Below are positions 16,807-27,402 of a stretch of 64,000 nt of DNA, one piece after another. Source of the stretch: a virus. The notes beneath the pieces were generated by a model, which saw nothing but the letters and a program-made list of their open reading frames with translations, was not told the origin of the DNA and made no database searches. Location: positions 6,568-70,567 of IMG/VR virus record IMGVR_UViG_3300008448_000056; one strand, 5' to 3'. Numbering within the stretch: the stretch's first letter is position 1; each line of letters begins with the position of its first letter. The translations under genes were made by a program, and so were the position numbers.

Positions 16807-18870
16807 ATGTCTGACTTTGAAATCATATATGGCGTTCGGGTAAAACTTCCCGAAATGCCAAACGATGAAGAAATACTTAACTACGGACTGCCTGAAGAAG
16901 AGCAGCTGTGGAATAGGGAAGAACTGCCATCTTATTTTGAGAAAGTAGAGTATAATAAGGCGGGCGATTTGATTCTTACAGATAGCCAAGAACAATATGC
17001 TGTCAGGGAATTGTTAAGATGTAAGAAAGGAGTTTGGATTTTTATCAAGGGTAAGCCTTATTACATTACTAGAAAATATTACTTCTACTTACAATGGTGG
17101 ACACTTGAGGATGGTACAAGGCCAGAATATCGAGATTGTGACAGACGGTATTTCTTGTATTTGGAGCATTGGGAAAATATGCTCTGGTGTTTGGGCGTAA
17201 TTCGTGGTAAAAAGCGACGTGAAGGTGCGTCTTCCCAAGCCACATCAAATCTAGTATACGAGGCTATATTCTATAAGAATTCTAACTGCGGTTTAATTTC
17301 TAAGTCAAATGAAGACGGTCGTGCTACGTTTACGGAGATGGTGGCCTATGGGTATAGGCAACTACCTGCTTTTTTGAAGCCAAAGCAGTTGAACCGGGAA
17401 GATACGGTAACCGAGCTTGTTTTCGCCCAGAAAACATCAAACGTAAAAGATGGGGTAACGGCTACCCAAAAGGATGATGAAGGCAATCGGTCTAAGATTA
17501 ACTATCGTGCACCTGTACTAAACGCCTACGACCGTGGTCGTATGAGCCGTATTCTTTTGGACGAGTTTGGTAAACTTGAAAAGGATGTCCCAGCTTCTCA
17601 ATTATTTGCGATTGTTTCAAAAACGCTTGTAAAGGGTGTTAAGAGAGTCGGTTTTGTGGAAATGCCATCTACCGTCAATAAAATGACCAAAGGTGGTTCT
17701 GAGTTTAAAATGATTTGGGAAAAGGCGGATTTGGGCAAGAAAGTGCCTACCGTAAACCGTCTTGTTAGATATTTTAGCCCAGCATTCGATGGTTATGAGG
17801 GTTTCATTGACAAGTACGGTTTTAGTGTCATGGATTCCCCGACAGAAGAACAAGCCCAATATTTAATCGAAAAATGGGTCAGAAAAGACGAAGAAGGTAA
17901 CACAATAAGTGAACTTTCTGAAGAAGACATCCGTCTTGGGGCTAGGGCATATATTCAAAAAAGAAGAGAGGGAAGAGAAGGGGATGACCTAGAGGAAGAG
18001 ATTCGTATGAACCCTTGCAACGAGGTTGAGCTGTTTATGTCGGCCAACGCGGATTGCATTTTCAACGTAGTAAAGATTAACGAACAGGTAGAATATCTTA
18101 AAAATAACCCCATCTATAAAAGAAAGGTTTTATTCTACCGTGATATAGACCAAAAGGTAAAATGGAGGGACGCAAGGGCTGGGGAAGAGAGTTTTTGCTG
18201 GGAATTTGTGGGAGATTTGAATCTAAAGGGGGAAGACAATAAATCTTATTGGGATGGTCCCTTTAAAAAGCCAGCCAGAACAGATATAGGGGTTATAGGA
18301 CTCGATAGTTATTCAAACAGTCAAGGCGGTAAACGTTATGGCTCAAAAGCCGCTGCTTGGATATATTCAAAATATGACATTCGTGACCCAAATAATACCG
18401 GGCTTTTTACAGGGCATTTATACGGTCGACCTAGCGAAAAAGACGATTTGCACAACCAAGTATTACTTTGTGCAGAATATTTGGGGTATCAGATTTACAT
18501 AGAATTTGTGGCAGACGACTATTACTCATATTATAAGGACAGGGGTAAGCTTGGTTATTTGGCTAAATTCCCGTTGAGCGCAATTGACCCAAATAAACGG
18601 AAAATTGGTAGCTCAGAAAGGCATTACGGATTCCCTGTAACGGACTTTGCCATGACTAAGCAAAACGATGCAATGATTAGCTACATCGAGCATTATTGCG
18701 ATAAAATATATTGGATTGAACTTTTAGAAGATTTGAAAGTCTTTGACCCTAGTAAACGTACACCTAGTGACCGAACTGTTAGTGCGATGATTGCGTTAGT
18801 CGGGGGATTGGAGCCAGTTTACAAACCACCACCTCCCCCATCACCACTTGTAAAGGTTTACGCCCGGTAA
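16807..18870 (+). CDS. terL: terminase large subunit
   Basis: KKRREGAS Walker A variant, ILLDEFGK Walker B, PST coupling motif, nuclease GLDSY...SDRTVS. Confidence 0.9.
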   Translation: MSDFEIIYGVRVKLPEMPNDEEILNYGLPEEEQLWNREELPSYFEKVEYNKAGDLILTDSQEQYAVRELLRCKKGVWIFIKGKPYYITRKYYFYLQWWTLEDGTRPEYRDCDRRYFLYLEHWENMLWCLGVIRGKKRREGASSQATSNLVYEAIFYKNSNCGLISKSNEDGRATFTEMVAYGYRQLPAFLKPKQLNREDTVTELVFAQKTSNVKDGVTATQKDDEGNRSKINYRAPVLNAYDRGRMSRILLDEFGKLEKDVPASQLFAIVSKTLVKGVKRVGFVEMPSTVNKMTKGGSEFKMIWEKADLGKKVPTVNRLVRYFSPAFDGYEGFIDKYGFSVMDSPTEEQAQYLIEKWVRKDEEGNTISELSEEDIRLGARAYIQKRREGREGDDLEEEIRMNPCNEVELFMSANADCIFNVVKINEQVEYLKNNPIYKRKVLFYRDIDQKVKWRDARAGEESFCWEFVGDLNLKGEDNKSYWDGPFKKPARTDIGVIGLDSYSNSQGGKRYGSKAAAWIYSKYDIRDPNNTGLFTGHLYGRPSEKDDLHNQVLLCAEYLGYQIYIEFVADDYYSYYKDRGKLGYLAKFPLSAIDPNKRKIGSSERHYGFPVTDFAMTKQNDAMISYIEHYCDKIYWIELLEDLKVFDPSKRTPSDRTVSAMIALVGGLEPVYKPPPPPSPLVKVYAR

Positions 18871-18942
18871 AAAAAATTTTTTTGATAAAATAACTTATAT
18901 TTGTTCTGGAATAGTGGGATAATTTTTATTAAAAAATAATAA

Positions 18943-21396
18943 ATGCAGCAGAATTCTGCTCAAATATTAAAGGATTTCCAGCTCAATAATCTTTCTATTA
19001 AAGATAAATCTGACTGGGGTTACGGCAAGCAACTTGCCCAATATATTAATAGCACTATAACCGGAGGTATCTCTAGTTATTTTTGGGTGCGAAATGCTCG
19101 CTGGCGTACCAATCGAGGATACGCTAATGGGCGTGTGCCAATGAGTAAATTCCAAGACCTTCTTGAATTCAATGGGAAGGTTAACTATGTAAATATTAAT
19201 TGGCAGTCAATTAATGTTGTGAATCGGGTTGTATCTGGTTTAGTTGGTCGTTGGATGGGGCGTAGTGAAAAGGTGAAAGTGTCAGCTACGGATTCCCTTT
19301 CAACAAAAAAGAAAAAAGAACAGTTAGAAGAGATTGAGTTTATTATTAGTAATCGGGAAATGCTTGAGCAGCTTGAAGCTGAATCAGGTGTGCAAATGAT
19401 TCCAAAAGGAGAAGAACTTCCCGCCGACAAAGAAGAATTGCTTATTTGGAAAGACCAATTCCAGCGTCTTCCCGAAGAAATCGAATATGAAATGGGCTGC
19501 AACGATGTTCTGGCAGCTAATGGGTTCTTCGACGTGATGAAAGAAAAGATGTTGCACGATTCTGCGGAAACTGGATTTGTGGGCACTTATACATATATGG
19601 ATGATGATGGAGTTGTCCACGTGGAACTATTGAAGCCAGAAAACTGCTTCTATTCTTATTCAAACTTTAACGATTTCCGTGATACCACATGGCGTGGTGT
19701 TTTGCGTACATTAAAGATTAGCGAAATCCGTCGCCGTTATGGTAAGGAATTTGGTGGTAAACTTACCGAAGAAGAAATCTGGAAGATTGCGCAATTTGCA
19801 AAAGAATTTCAGCTTTACGATAATATTACTTGGCTTACAGAGTGGAACGTAACATTCTTGCGTCCTTATGACGAATGGAATATTGACATTCTTGAGTTTG
19901 AGTTGAAGACCGTTGATAGTGAGCCTTATACAGTTGTAACTACCAAAAAGAACAAAAGCACAATTGTAAAGAAAGGTCGTCCTGATAAGAGAGGGGAAAA
20001 CGAGGAAGTTATTTCTGACACTAAGTGGAACATCTACCGTGGTGTTTTTTGCCGTCAGTTGAATATGATGCTTGAGTGGGGAATTAAAAAGAATATGATT
20101 CGCCCTCAAGACCCCAAAGAGATTGGTAATGCGGAGTTCTCGTATAGCTTCTATATGGTTCAGAACTACGACATGACTTCCCTCGCCATCCCAGAAAAGA
20201 TTCAAGAGCCAGTAGACCAAATGATTATTGCTCGTCTGAAGATGCAGCAATTGGTGGCTAAAATGCGTCCAGTAGGTTCCCTGATTAACTGGGATGCTCT
20301 TCAAAATATTGATTATGGTCTTGGAGATGGTAATAAAGCCATCGACGTTAAGAAGCTATACGACCAAACAGGTGATTTGTATTATCGGGGAAGAGATGCC
20401 GAAGGTAACCCTGTCCCAGTCCCTGTAACTGAACTCGCAAACTCTGGATTCCTTAGCCAGCTTCAAGGTCTTATTATGCTTTACGATAAGCATTATTCTA
20501 TCCTTAAAGATGAACTTGGCGAAGACCCGAACTTGATTTCTCAGGCAATCCAGCCACGCGTAGCCGTATCAAATATTGATACCGCACAGCAAGCTGCCCA
20601 ATTTGCTACAGATTACTTCTATTGGGCTTATACAAACTGTTTGGCTGACACAGCTAAGAAGATTTCTTGCTTGCTGAAAAACTCTGTAACATACGGAGCT
20701 CAGGTATACCGTAATGTAACTAAGGATAAGGTCGAGAACCGTATTTTCTCTACTCGGATACAAGTACTTCCCGACCAAGCAGAACTTATGCGTTTTGAAG
20801 CCTTGTTGAATCAAACATTGGCTACAAACCCTGACTTCGTAATGTACGTAGACCCGTTCCAAATTATGCGGGTTGCAAAAGAAGATGTTAAACTTGCTGA
20901 AGCCTTATTCCGCCGTGCTCAAAAGAAAATGATTACTACTCAGCAACAAATCTCAATGCAGAATCAGCAAATGACTTTCCAAGGTCAAATGCAAGCTGCT
21001 CAAGCTGCTGAAGAAGCTAAGCGTCAGACCAAAGAACTGGAAGGGCAAATTGATGTCAAGCGTGCTCAAATGACCGCCGAAGCTCAAAACCGTACAAGCG
21101 TTTTGCAGATGGCTACAGCTTTGTATTTGAAGCAACAAGAGACTGGACAGCCAATTCCCGCAGAACTACAACCACTTATCCAAGCAGTTATGGAAAACGT
21201 AGGCTTGGCTGCGGTAGTTTCAACAGACGAACAAAAGCAGCAAATTGCAGCTCAAATGCAAGCAGCACAACAGCAAGCAATGATGCAGCAACAAGCTATG
21301 CAAGAACAAGGTCAAATGCCTAAAGGGGAAATACCTCCACAAGAAGAGGTTTTAGCTCAAGGGGATGCGATGAGTGCAGAAAACAATAATGGCTAA
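18943..21396 (+). CDS. portal protein (crAss-like)
   Basis: 817 aa directly after TerL, YANG..., Q-rich barrel C-terminus; promoter TATATTTG 18896-18903. Confidence 0.85.
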   Translation: MQQNSAQILKDFQLNNLSIKDKSDWGYGKQLAQYINSTITGGISSYFWVRNARWRTNRGYANGRVPMSKFQDLLEFNGKVNYVNINWQSINVVNRVVSGLVGRWMGRSEKVKVSATDSLSTKKKKEQLEEIEFIISNREMLEQLEAESGVQMIPKGEELPADKEELLIWKDQFQRLPEEIEYEMGCNDVLAANGFFDVMKEKMLHDSAETGFVGTYTYMDDDGVVHVELLKPENCFYSYSNFNDFRDTTWRGVLRTLKISEIRRRYGKEFGGKLTEEEIWKIAQFAKEFQLYDNITWLTEWNVTFLRPYDEWNIDILEFELKTVDSEPYTVVTTKKNKSTIVKKGRPDKRGENEEVISDTKWNIYRGVFCRQLNMMLEWGIKKNMIRPQDPKEIGNAEFSYSFYMVQNYDMTSLAIPEKIQEPVDQMIIARLKMQQLVAKMRPVGSLINWDALQNIDYGLGDGNKAIDVKKLYDQTGDLYYRGRDAEGNPVPVPVTELANSGFLSQLQGLIMLYDKHYSILKDELGEDPNLISQAIQPRVAVSNIDTAQQAAQFATDYFYWAYTNCLADTAKKISCLLKNSVTYGAQVYRNVTKDKVENRIFSTRIQVLPDQAELMRFEALLNQTLATNPDFVMYVDPFQIMRVAKEDVKLAEALFRRAQKKMITTQQQISMQNQQMTFQGQMQAAQAAEEAKRQTKELEGQIDVKRAQMTAEAQNRTSVLQMATALYLKQQETGQPIPAELQPLIQAVMENVGLAAVVSTDEQKQQIAAQMQAAQQQAMMQQQAMQEQGQMPKGEIPPQEEVLAQGDAMSAENNNG

Positions 21397-21416
21397 TGGC
21401 GTAAAAATTAATAAAA

Positions 21417-22904
21417 ATGCCTACATTATTATTACAAACAACAGTTGCTTCCCAAGCATTAAGGGGCGAAGATGTAATAGTTACATTGAGTGATTCTGAT
21501 ACGGTTTATTTATCATCTATTGAAGTTGGACAACAATGTAGAATTCAAGGAGTTGATATTTTTGGAACAGTTTCACACGTGGATTATTATGGTAATACCT
21601 TCAAAATAAGACCTTTACAACCTGATTTTTCTTTTGAATCTCCGACGCTTCCCGGTTATTTATCTGTATCAGATTATATTATTATTTACCAAGATGATTC
21701 CGTTATATTAAATCTTGAAACATTTACTGGGTATTTAACACCTAGTTACCCAGTAGGAGTGTTTAATATTGATGGTAATTATGTGGGAATTGCAAACGAC
21801 CAGTATGAATATATTACTGTCTGGAATTCAGACCCTGTAAACAGTGCTGTTGCAACAATATCCGAAGGGCCGACAACTATGACATTTGATTCTACAAATA
21901 CTTTGAATACTGGGTCTCTTCGCGGAATGCGTTTCTGGCAAGTAGATGTTCGTGGATGGGCTAACCTTGCCGTTGCTTCTGAAGATAAAATTTTGGTTGA
22001 CTCCACCATATATGATGGTAGTTCTTTTACTAGAGAGTTTAGGCAATCTGGTTTTTATGCAATAGGGGCATCATATTTTTATGCAAAAACTTATAATCCA
22101 TTCCCAAATCCAACGCCTTGGGTTGGTTATGCCAAACAAGCAAATATTAATGTAGGAGCTACACAAAAAGTGGTAACCGTATTTCACAATGACACTACAT
22201 ATTTTGCTGGATTTTGTTCAAATCCCGGTATTAGTCAGGGTAGCGGAGTAAGTAATTATATTAGTCCAACATATAAGGATTCTGAAATTAAAAATGTTAG
22301 AGGTAATTTTCCAATTGCCACTGAATATATTCTTATTGGATGTAATGGTATTGTGAATGATAACCATTATCCTTCTAATATTAATATGTCAGAGTTAACT
22401 AATGTTATATTTGTTATAACAGGATTTGGTGACCAAGTTTCTACAGCATATTTTACAGCTGGGACAAAGGCTGCTATAGAATACAACTTTGATATTTGGT
22501 ATACATCTTTACCAAATAAGTCTAAGTTATTAGCCATGAATAGTAATCTTTATAGAGTAAATACTAATACAACATCGTTTGATGGAACTGGTGTTAGTTT
22601 TGGCGATTTCCCAAATGTTAAACAGGTTGGTTTCCAAAGTATGCAAAAGCCATTTACAGTAAATGCTGCAACTTTCCCTAAAATTAACAACCTACTTGAT
22701 ATGATTCATGGAAATGCATTTGGGTCTCAAGGATGGACTCCTGCTGAAATAGATGATATTTATAATATGCTTGGTACAGTTCTTGTTGGAATCATTCCAG
22801 TAGGATGGGCTTGGTTACGTGTGCAATATTATAATGCTAATGCTACAGCTGCTTCATTAACAGCCAGAACATATCTAGCATCACAAGGGTGGACAATACA
22901 ATAA
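21417..22904 (+). CDS. putative head fibre/decoration protein with N-terminal domain paralogous to 23221..23499
   Basis: Shared ASQALRGEDVIVTLS; C-terminus ARTYLASQGWTIQ resembles ends of LRR-type surface domains. Confidence 0.6.
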   Translation: MPTLLLQTTVASQALRGEDVIVTLSDSDTVYLSSIEVGQQCRIQGVDIFGTVSHVDYYGNTFKIRPLQPDFSFESPTLPGYLSVSDYIIIYQDDSVILNLETFTGYLTPSYPVGVFNIDGNYVGIANDQYEYITVWNSDPVNSAVATISEGPTTMTFDSTNTLNTGSLRGMRFWQVDVRGWANLAVASEDKILVDSTIYDGSSFTREFRQSGFYAIGASYFYAKTYNPFPNPTPWVGYAKQANINVGATQKVVTVFHNDTTYFAGFCSNPGISQGSGVSNYISPTYKDSEIKNVRGNFPIATEYILIGCNGIVNDNHYPSNINMSELTNVIFVITGFGDQVSTAYFTAGTKAAIEYNFDIWYTSLPNKSKLLAMNSNLYRVNTNTTSFDGTGVSFGDFPNVKQVGFQSMQKPFTVNAATFPKINNLLDMIHGNAFGSQGWTPAEIDDIYNMLGTVLVGIIPVGWAWLRVQYYNANATAASLTARTYLASQGWTIQ

Positions 22905-22914
22905 ACTAAAATAT

Positions 22915-23181
22915 ATGAATTTCTACAAAACACCTACAGGAACCTACATGGGTCTCAATGCTACAGACCTATACCAAGTTACATTTGGTAAGCGTCAGGA
23001 TGGTACATTTTATTTTTCTCAAGAGACATTTACTATTGAAATGCTACCTCAACTGGAAGAAATTTACAACAATCCTGAGTCTCAACTCACTCCTGTAGAT
23101 TGGACAGATAGCCCAGTTTCTCAAGTTCAGGTAGAATCTGCATTAGAAAATATTTATCAATTAGGACAAGAAATTTCATAA
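22915..23181 (+). CDS. hypothetical acidic protein
   Basis: 88-aa ORF. Confidence 0.55.
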   Translation: MNFYKTPTGTYMGLNATDLYQVTFGKRQDGTFYFSQETFTIEMLPQLEEIYNNPESQLTPVDWTDSPVSQVQVESALENIYQLGQEIS

Positions 23182-23220
23182 ATTTGTAATGCCGGGAATT
23201 CCCGATAAAATAATAATACG

Positions 23221-23499
23221 ATGCCTACAATATCAGTTACTAATCAAAAAGCATCTCAAGCACTAAGGGGAGAAGATGTTATTGTAACACTTAGTGCAGC
23301 TGAGCAATCTAATTTATCATCTATTTTACCCGGACAATCCTGTTCTATTTCAGGTGTTGCTGTTTATGGAACAGTTACTCGGGTCGATAGTTATGGTGTG
23401 AGTTTTGAAATTTCACCTTCACAGCCAAACTCTGCTTTTGCTTCAACATCTAGTCCGGGGTATTTAGCAGCAAGTGAAACAATAGTAATAACATTATAA
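23221..23499 (+). CDS. 92-aa putative capsid auxiliary protein
   Basis: About 54% identical to the N-terminus of 21417..22904; own promoter TAAATTTG 23179-23186. Confidence 0.6.
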   Translation: MPTISVTNQKASQALRGEDVIVTLSAAEQSNLSSILPGQSCSISGVAVYGTVTRVDSYGVSFEISPSQPNSAFASTSSPGYLAASETIVITL

Positions 23500-23509
23500 A
23501 TAATATAAG

Positions 23510-23887
23510 ATGTCAGTTCAAATTGTTTTAGATGTAACTAACGAATATACAAGTGGTTCCGAATCCGGAACTGCACGCCTAGTAAAATTAGATGTAGGCG
23601 GGTTTGATTATGCTGTTGTTCAGCTTGTCAGTCCTACCGCAGCAGTGTCATTTACTCATACAAATGATTCTGGAGATATCCAGAGTGTATCAGACGGTAG
23701 TGCTGTTTCATCTACGAATGCAGTTACTGTACAAGGCGTAAATTTGGCTAGTGGTACAGCGGTATCTTCTTTGGCCGCAAGTGGACTTGTTCGTTTTGAG
23801 TCAATTGGACGCTATTTGTTTATTGATGGTACTTCGACTAGTGCAGATGTTACAAAAGCTCTTGTTCGTCTTTATAAAATTCATTAA
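23510..23887 (+). CDS. putative structural beta protein
   Basis: S/V/T-rich, in the head module. Confidence 0.5.
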   Translation: MSVQIVLDVTNEYTSGSESGTARLVKLDVGGFDYAVVQLVSPTAAVSFTHTNDSGDIQSVSDGSAVSSTNAVTVQGVNLASGTAVSSLAASGLVRFESIGRYLFIDGTSTSADVTKALVRLYKIH

Positions 23888-23888
23888 T

Positions 23889-24053
23889 ATGTCAAAGGTT
23901 ATAAAAATTAAAGTAAAGAAGCAGGAACCAGTTCCCGCTAAAGTTAAATCAGCCATGGGTCGTCCTTTATCTCAAAAAGAAAGGGAAATGGAGATGATGA
24001 AAGAGCTTAACAAAAAAGGGGCTATGCCTCCCTCACAAAAAAATGTTGGGTGA
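23889..24053 (+). CDS. small basic protein
   Basis: MSKVIKIKVKK...; start reassigned to ATG 23889. Confidence 0.55.
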   Translation: MSKVIKIKVKKQEPVPAKVKSAMGRPLSQKEREMEMMKELNKKGAMPPSQKNVG

Positions 24054-24054
24054 T

Positions 24055-24204
24055 ATGAAAGAAATGATTAAGCGCGCTGATGGTTCTTATTCTCAAAGAG
24101 GTCTTTGGGATAATATTCGTGCGAATAAGGGAAGTGGTAAGGCTCCGACAAAGGAAATGTTGAAGCAAGAAAAAAAGATTAAGTTAAAAGTAAAAAAGAA
24201 ATAA
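24055..24204 (+). CDS. small basic phage protein (not in ORF track)
   Basis: MKEMIKRADGSYSQRGLWDNIRANKGSGKAPTKEMLKQEKKIKLKVKKK. Confidence 0.65.
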   Translation: MKEMIKRADGSYSQRGLWDNIRANKGSGKAPTKEMLKQEKKIKLKVKKK

Positions 24205-24205
24205 A

Positions 24206-24631
24206 ATGGCAGCTTTGTTGAAAGTCCGTAAGGAAGATGATGATAAAGGGAAATCGAAGCTGAATCCTGAAGCGATTCAGTCTAAGCTTTTTTACTTATC
24301 TGATGCTGCCCACAAATTGCATTTGGATACTAAGTCTTTTGCCCAACATCAAGCTCTTAAAGGTTTGTATGATGGCTTGGTAGATTTTCGTGATGAAATC
24401 TCAGAAAAGCTGATGGGTTATATGGATGGAAAGCGTATCGGTTCAATTAAAGTAGGAGCACTTCCCGAATATACAGAAAAAGCACCTATGGAACTTGCTA
24501 AAGAAGTACGAGAATTCGGTAGTGAACTATGTGAGTTTGCTGATGAAAACGGGTACTCTGATGTAGAAAATGTAGCTCAAGCCCTTTCTGGACTTGGAGC
24601 CAAGACCGTGTATTTACTAACCTTAACATAA
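24206..24631 (+). CDS. ferritin/Dps-like four-helix protein (DUF5856-like)
   Basis: HKLHLDTKSFAQHQALKGLYD...DEISEKLMG...KTVYLLTL. Confidence 0.7.
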   Translation: MAALLKVRKEDDDKGKSKLNPEAIQSKLFYLSDAAHKLHLDTKSFAQHQALKGLYDGLVDFRDEISEKLMGYMDGKRIGSIKVGALPEYTEKAPMELAKEVREFGSELCEFADENGYSDVENVAQALSGLGAKTVYLLTLT

Positions 24632-24635
24632 ACGT

Positions 24636-25829
24636 ATGTCTGAAACAACAAATCAAGCTTCTCAAGAAACAATTGAACAAAGCCAGCCACAACAATCATT
24701 CAATCCATTTGATGATAGTAGTTGGTCGTCTAGTCCTGTAGCTCCTAGTGAGCCTACTGCTAGTGTTCAAGATGTTTCTGGTGGAGCTGCTGCAAGCACT
24801 TCCCAAGAAACAGAAGAAGAAGTACTAGATTCTAACGAATGGTTGAAAAGAGAATTTAGCTGGGATAGTGTAGATGCAGCAAAACAAGAATTAGAGGAGC
24901 TTCGAAAACTTCGTGAATCTAAAAACAGCGGCGTAGAAGAAGTAGAATTTGAAAACGAAGAAAGCTTAAACCTTTTCCGTCTTTTCAAAGAAGGAAAGCA
25001 AGATGAGGTATATAGCTATCTTGAGACACGTCGCAAACTTGATAATCTTATTAATGGGGAACTGAGCCGTGACTCTGCTGCTGAACTCATTAAAATGAAT
25101 ATGCAGAAGTCTTATCCTGATTTAACAAAGGATGAGATTGAGTTTAAGTTTAATCGGGAATTCAGTATCCCCGCAAAACCTGTGCAACAAGATATTGAAA
25201 CAGACGAAGAATATCAAGAGCGTCTCGATTCTTGGCAAAGCAAGGTTAAAGATGTTGAAACAGAATTAATGATTGAAGCAAAACTGGTTAAGCCAGATTT
25301 GCAGAAGTTTCGTAATGAGCTAGTTTTACCAGAGATAGAAAATGGTCAAAGTTCCTATGAGCCTACCCAAGAGGAATTGGAAGCGCAGAAGAAATTTGTT
25401 GACCATTTCAAGCAGTCAGTTAACAGTGCACTGTCATCTTTTGACGGATTTAGCGTTTCGGTTAAGGACGAAGAAGTAGATATACCGTTGTCTTACGCTA
25501 TTTCCCAAGAAGAAAAAGGCATTGTGGCTCAACAGCTTGAACGATTTGCTGATTCAAATTTTGACGCAAACGTAATCTTGGCTGAACGGTGGTTGGATAG
25601 TAATGGCGATATCAATACTTCCCAAGTCGTAAAAGATTTGGCGTTGCTGTTAAGCGAAGGGAAGATGAGCCAGAAGTTCGTAAACGAGGCAGCTTCTAAG
25701 CGTCTCGCAGAACATATCCGTCGGACAAGCAACATTAGCTTGAATTCCCGCACACCACAACAAACATTCAGCCCTGAAGCAAAGTCAGAAGTAGATAAGC
25801 AAATTGAATATATCTGGAAGAACAGTTGA
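24636..25829 (+). CDS. putative scaffolding protein
   Basis: Very acidic and helical, immediately upstream of the MCP. Confidence 0.6.
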   Translation: MSETTNQASQETIEQSQPQQSFNPFDDSSWSSSPVAPSEPTASVQDVSGGAAASTSQETEEEVLDSNEWLKREFSWDSVDAAKQELEELRKLRESKNSGVEEVEFENEESLNLFRLFKEGKQDEVYSYLETRRKLDNLINGELSRDSAAELIKMNMQKSYPDLTKDEIEFKFNREFSIPAKPVQQDIETDEEYQERLDSWQSKVKDVETELMIEAKLVKPDLQKFRNELVLPEIENGQSSYEPTQEELEAQKKFVDHFKQSVNSALSSFDGFSVSVKDEEVDIPLSYAISQEEKGIVAQQLERFADSNFDANVILAERWLDSNGDINTSQVVKDLALLLSEGKMSQKFVNEAASKRLAEHIRRTSNISLNSRTPQQTFSPEAKSEVDKQIEYIWKNS

Positions 25830-25861
25830 TATATATTCAATAACAATTAAAATTCAGAAAA

Positions 25862-27295
25862 ATGGCTGGTATCCCTACGTCGAATATTCTGCAACCGGGT
25901 AATATTAGTATCTCCGGTGGCGTAACTCGGCAACTTGTGTCGGACCTACAACTCCTGACACCTCAGTATTACAAGAACTATGTTGAAAAATATGGTTCTG
26001 AAGATTTCACTTGGTGGCTCGCTACCTACGCTGGAATGGAAGAGGTTAAAAACCGTGACTTCTTCTGGTTTGAAAACCGTGGTAAACTTATCACTGGTAT
26101 TCAGGCCGCCTCTAACGTAGCTGCTGCTGCTGGTGCTACAATCACTTTGACTCTGGCTTCTGGTTATCACTATAACAGTGGTACTCAGGCTCCTCTGCGT
26201 CCCGGTGAAACTGTACGCGTAGCTTCTACCAACGTGGAAGGTCAAATTTTGGCTATCACAGGTACTACACCTAACGCCTTCACTTTCACCGTTCGTCCAA
26301 AGATTTCTACCCAATCTCTGGCTTCTGCTGGTAGCACAGATTTTCTGGCTACTGACGTGCTGATTTTTGGTGGTATTATGGACGCTGGTGAAGCTTCTCA
26401 AACTAACCAACCAATGATTCAGTTGGATGAGAAGTACACTAACACTATCACAGAGATGCGCGAAACTTTCAGCGCAACTGACCTCGCCGAGATGACCGAA
26501 GTGTATTACACTGGTGGTTTCTCTGGTGATGTTCCTGCTGGTGGTGCTCAAGCTGGTACTTCCCTCTTCACATTGAAAGGGCTGGTAAAATCTAACATTC
26601 GTTTTAAAGACGATGTTGAGATGAAGCTGATGCGCGGTAATATCGTAAACAACAGTGGTCTGTCTACTACAACTTCAGTAGGTTCTGAGGGTATCATCCC
26701 GAAAGTACTGGCTGATGGTGAAACAGTAGGTTATACCGCTGGTAACCTCGATATCGCCAAGATTCACGAAATCACCCGTATCATGGACGTGAACGGTTGT
26801 ACTAGTGAGAATATGTGGCTGCAAGACATCTATCAGAACCAAAACTTCTCTGATGGTCTGTTTGCTGCATATCCTGCTGGTGCTTGGGTTTGGGGAAGTA
26901 ACGAAAAATCTGAAGAGGCTGCAATCAGCTATGGTTGCAAATCTATCGCTATCGATGGATACCACTTCAAGGTTAAGAAGTATCGTCCCTTCAACTCTGA
27001 GTTCCTGACTGGAGTTACTCCCACTAACGACTTCTTCCGCAATTTCGGTATGATTTGCCCTCAAGGTGAAACCCGCGATGCGAAAGATGCAAGCAAAACA
27101 TACAAGAATATCTCCATCATGTACCAACAACCTCCCAAAGGTGGTACTGTAGGAAACGGTATCCGTGTATGGCAGTGGGGTGGTGGTTCTCAGAATCCTA
27201 CCACAGGAACCATGAACGATAACGTGGAAATGATTACTTACCGTGGTAGCCGCGTAGTTGCAGCTAACCAGTTCGTAATCGTACAAGCTTCCTAA
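25862..27295 (+). CDS. major capsid protein
   Basis: 477 aa, highly expressed codon bias, FFWFE, EMKLMRG, GSEGIIP; followed by a strong terminator. Confidence 0.85.
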   Translation: MAGIPTSNILQPGNISISGGVTRQLVSDLQLLTPQYYKNYVEKYGSEDFTWWLATYAGMEEVKNRDFFWFENRGKLITGIQAASNVAAAAGATITLTLASGYHYNSGTQAPLRPGETVRVASTNVEGQILAITGTTPNAFTFTVRPKISTQSLASAGSTDFLATDVLIFGGIMDAGEASQTNQPMIQLDEKYTNTITEMRETFSATDLAEMTEVYYTGGFSGDVPAGGAQAGTSLFTLKGLVKSNIRFKDDVEMKLMRGNIVNNSGLSTTTSVGSEGIIPKVLADGETVGYTAGNLDIAKIHEITRIMDVNGCTSENMWLQDIYQNQNFSDGLFAAYPAGAWVWGSNEKSEEAAISYGCKSIAIDGYHFKVKKYRPFNSEFLTGVTPTNDFFRNFGMICPQGETRDAKDASKTYKNISIMYQQPPKGGTVGNGIRVWQWGGGSQNPTTGTMNDNVEMITYRGSRVVAANQFVIVQAS

Positions 27296-27310
27296 TAATT
27301 AGGAAAACCA

Positions 27311-27341
27311 AGGGGGCGGTGAAATATCCGCCCCCATTTTT
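27311..27341 (+). terminator. intrinsic terminator after the MCP
   Basis: GGGGGCGG-TGAAATAT-CCGCCCCC then ATTTTT. Confidence 0.8.
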
Positions 27342-27402
27342 AAATAACACCGCCCTGATATTCAGGGGGCATTAGTCCTTAAATGGTATAAAATCAAATA
27401 AA

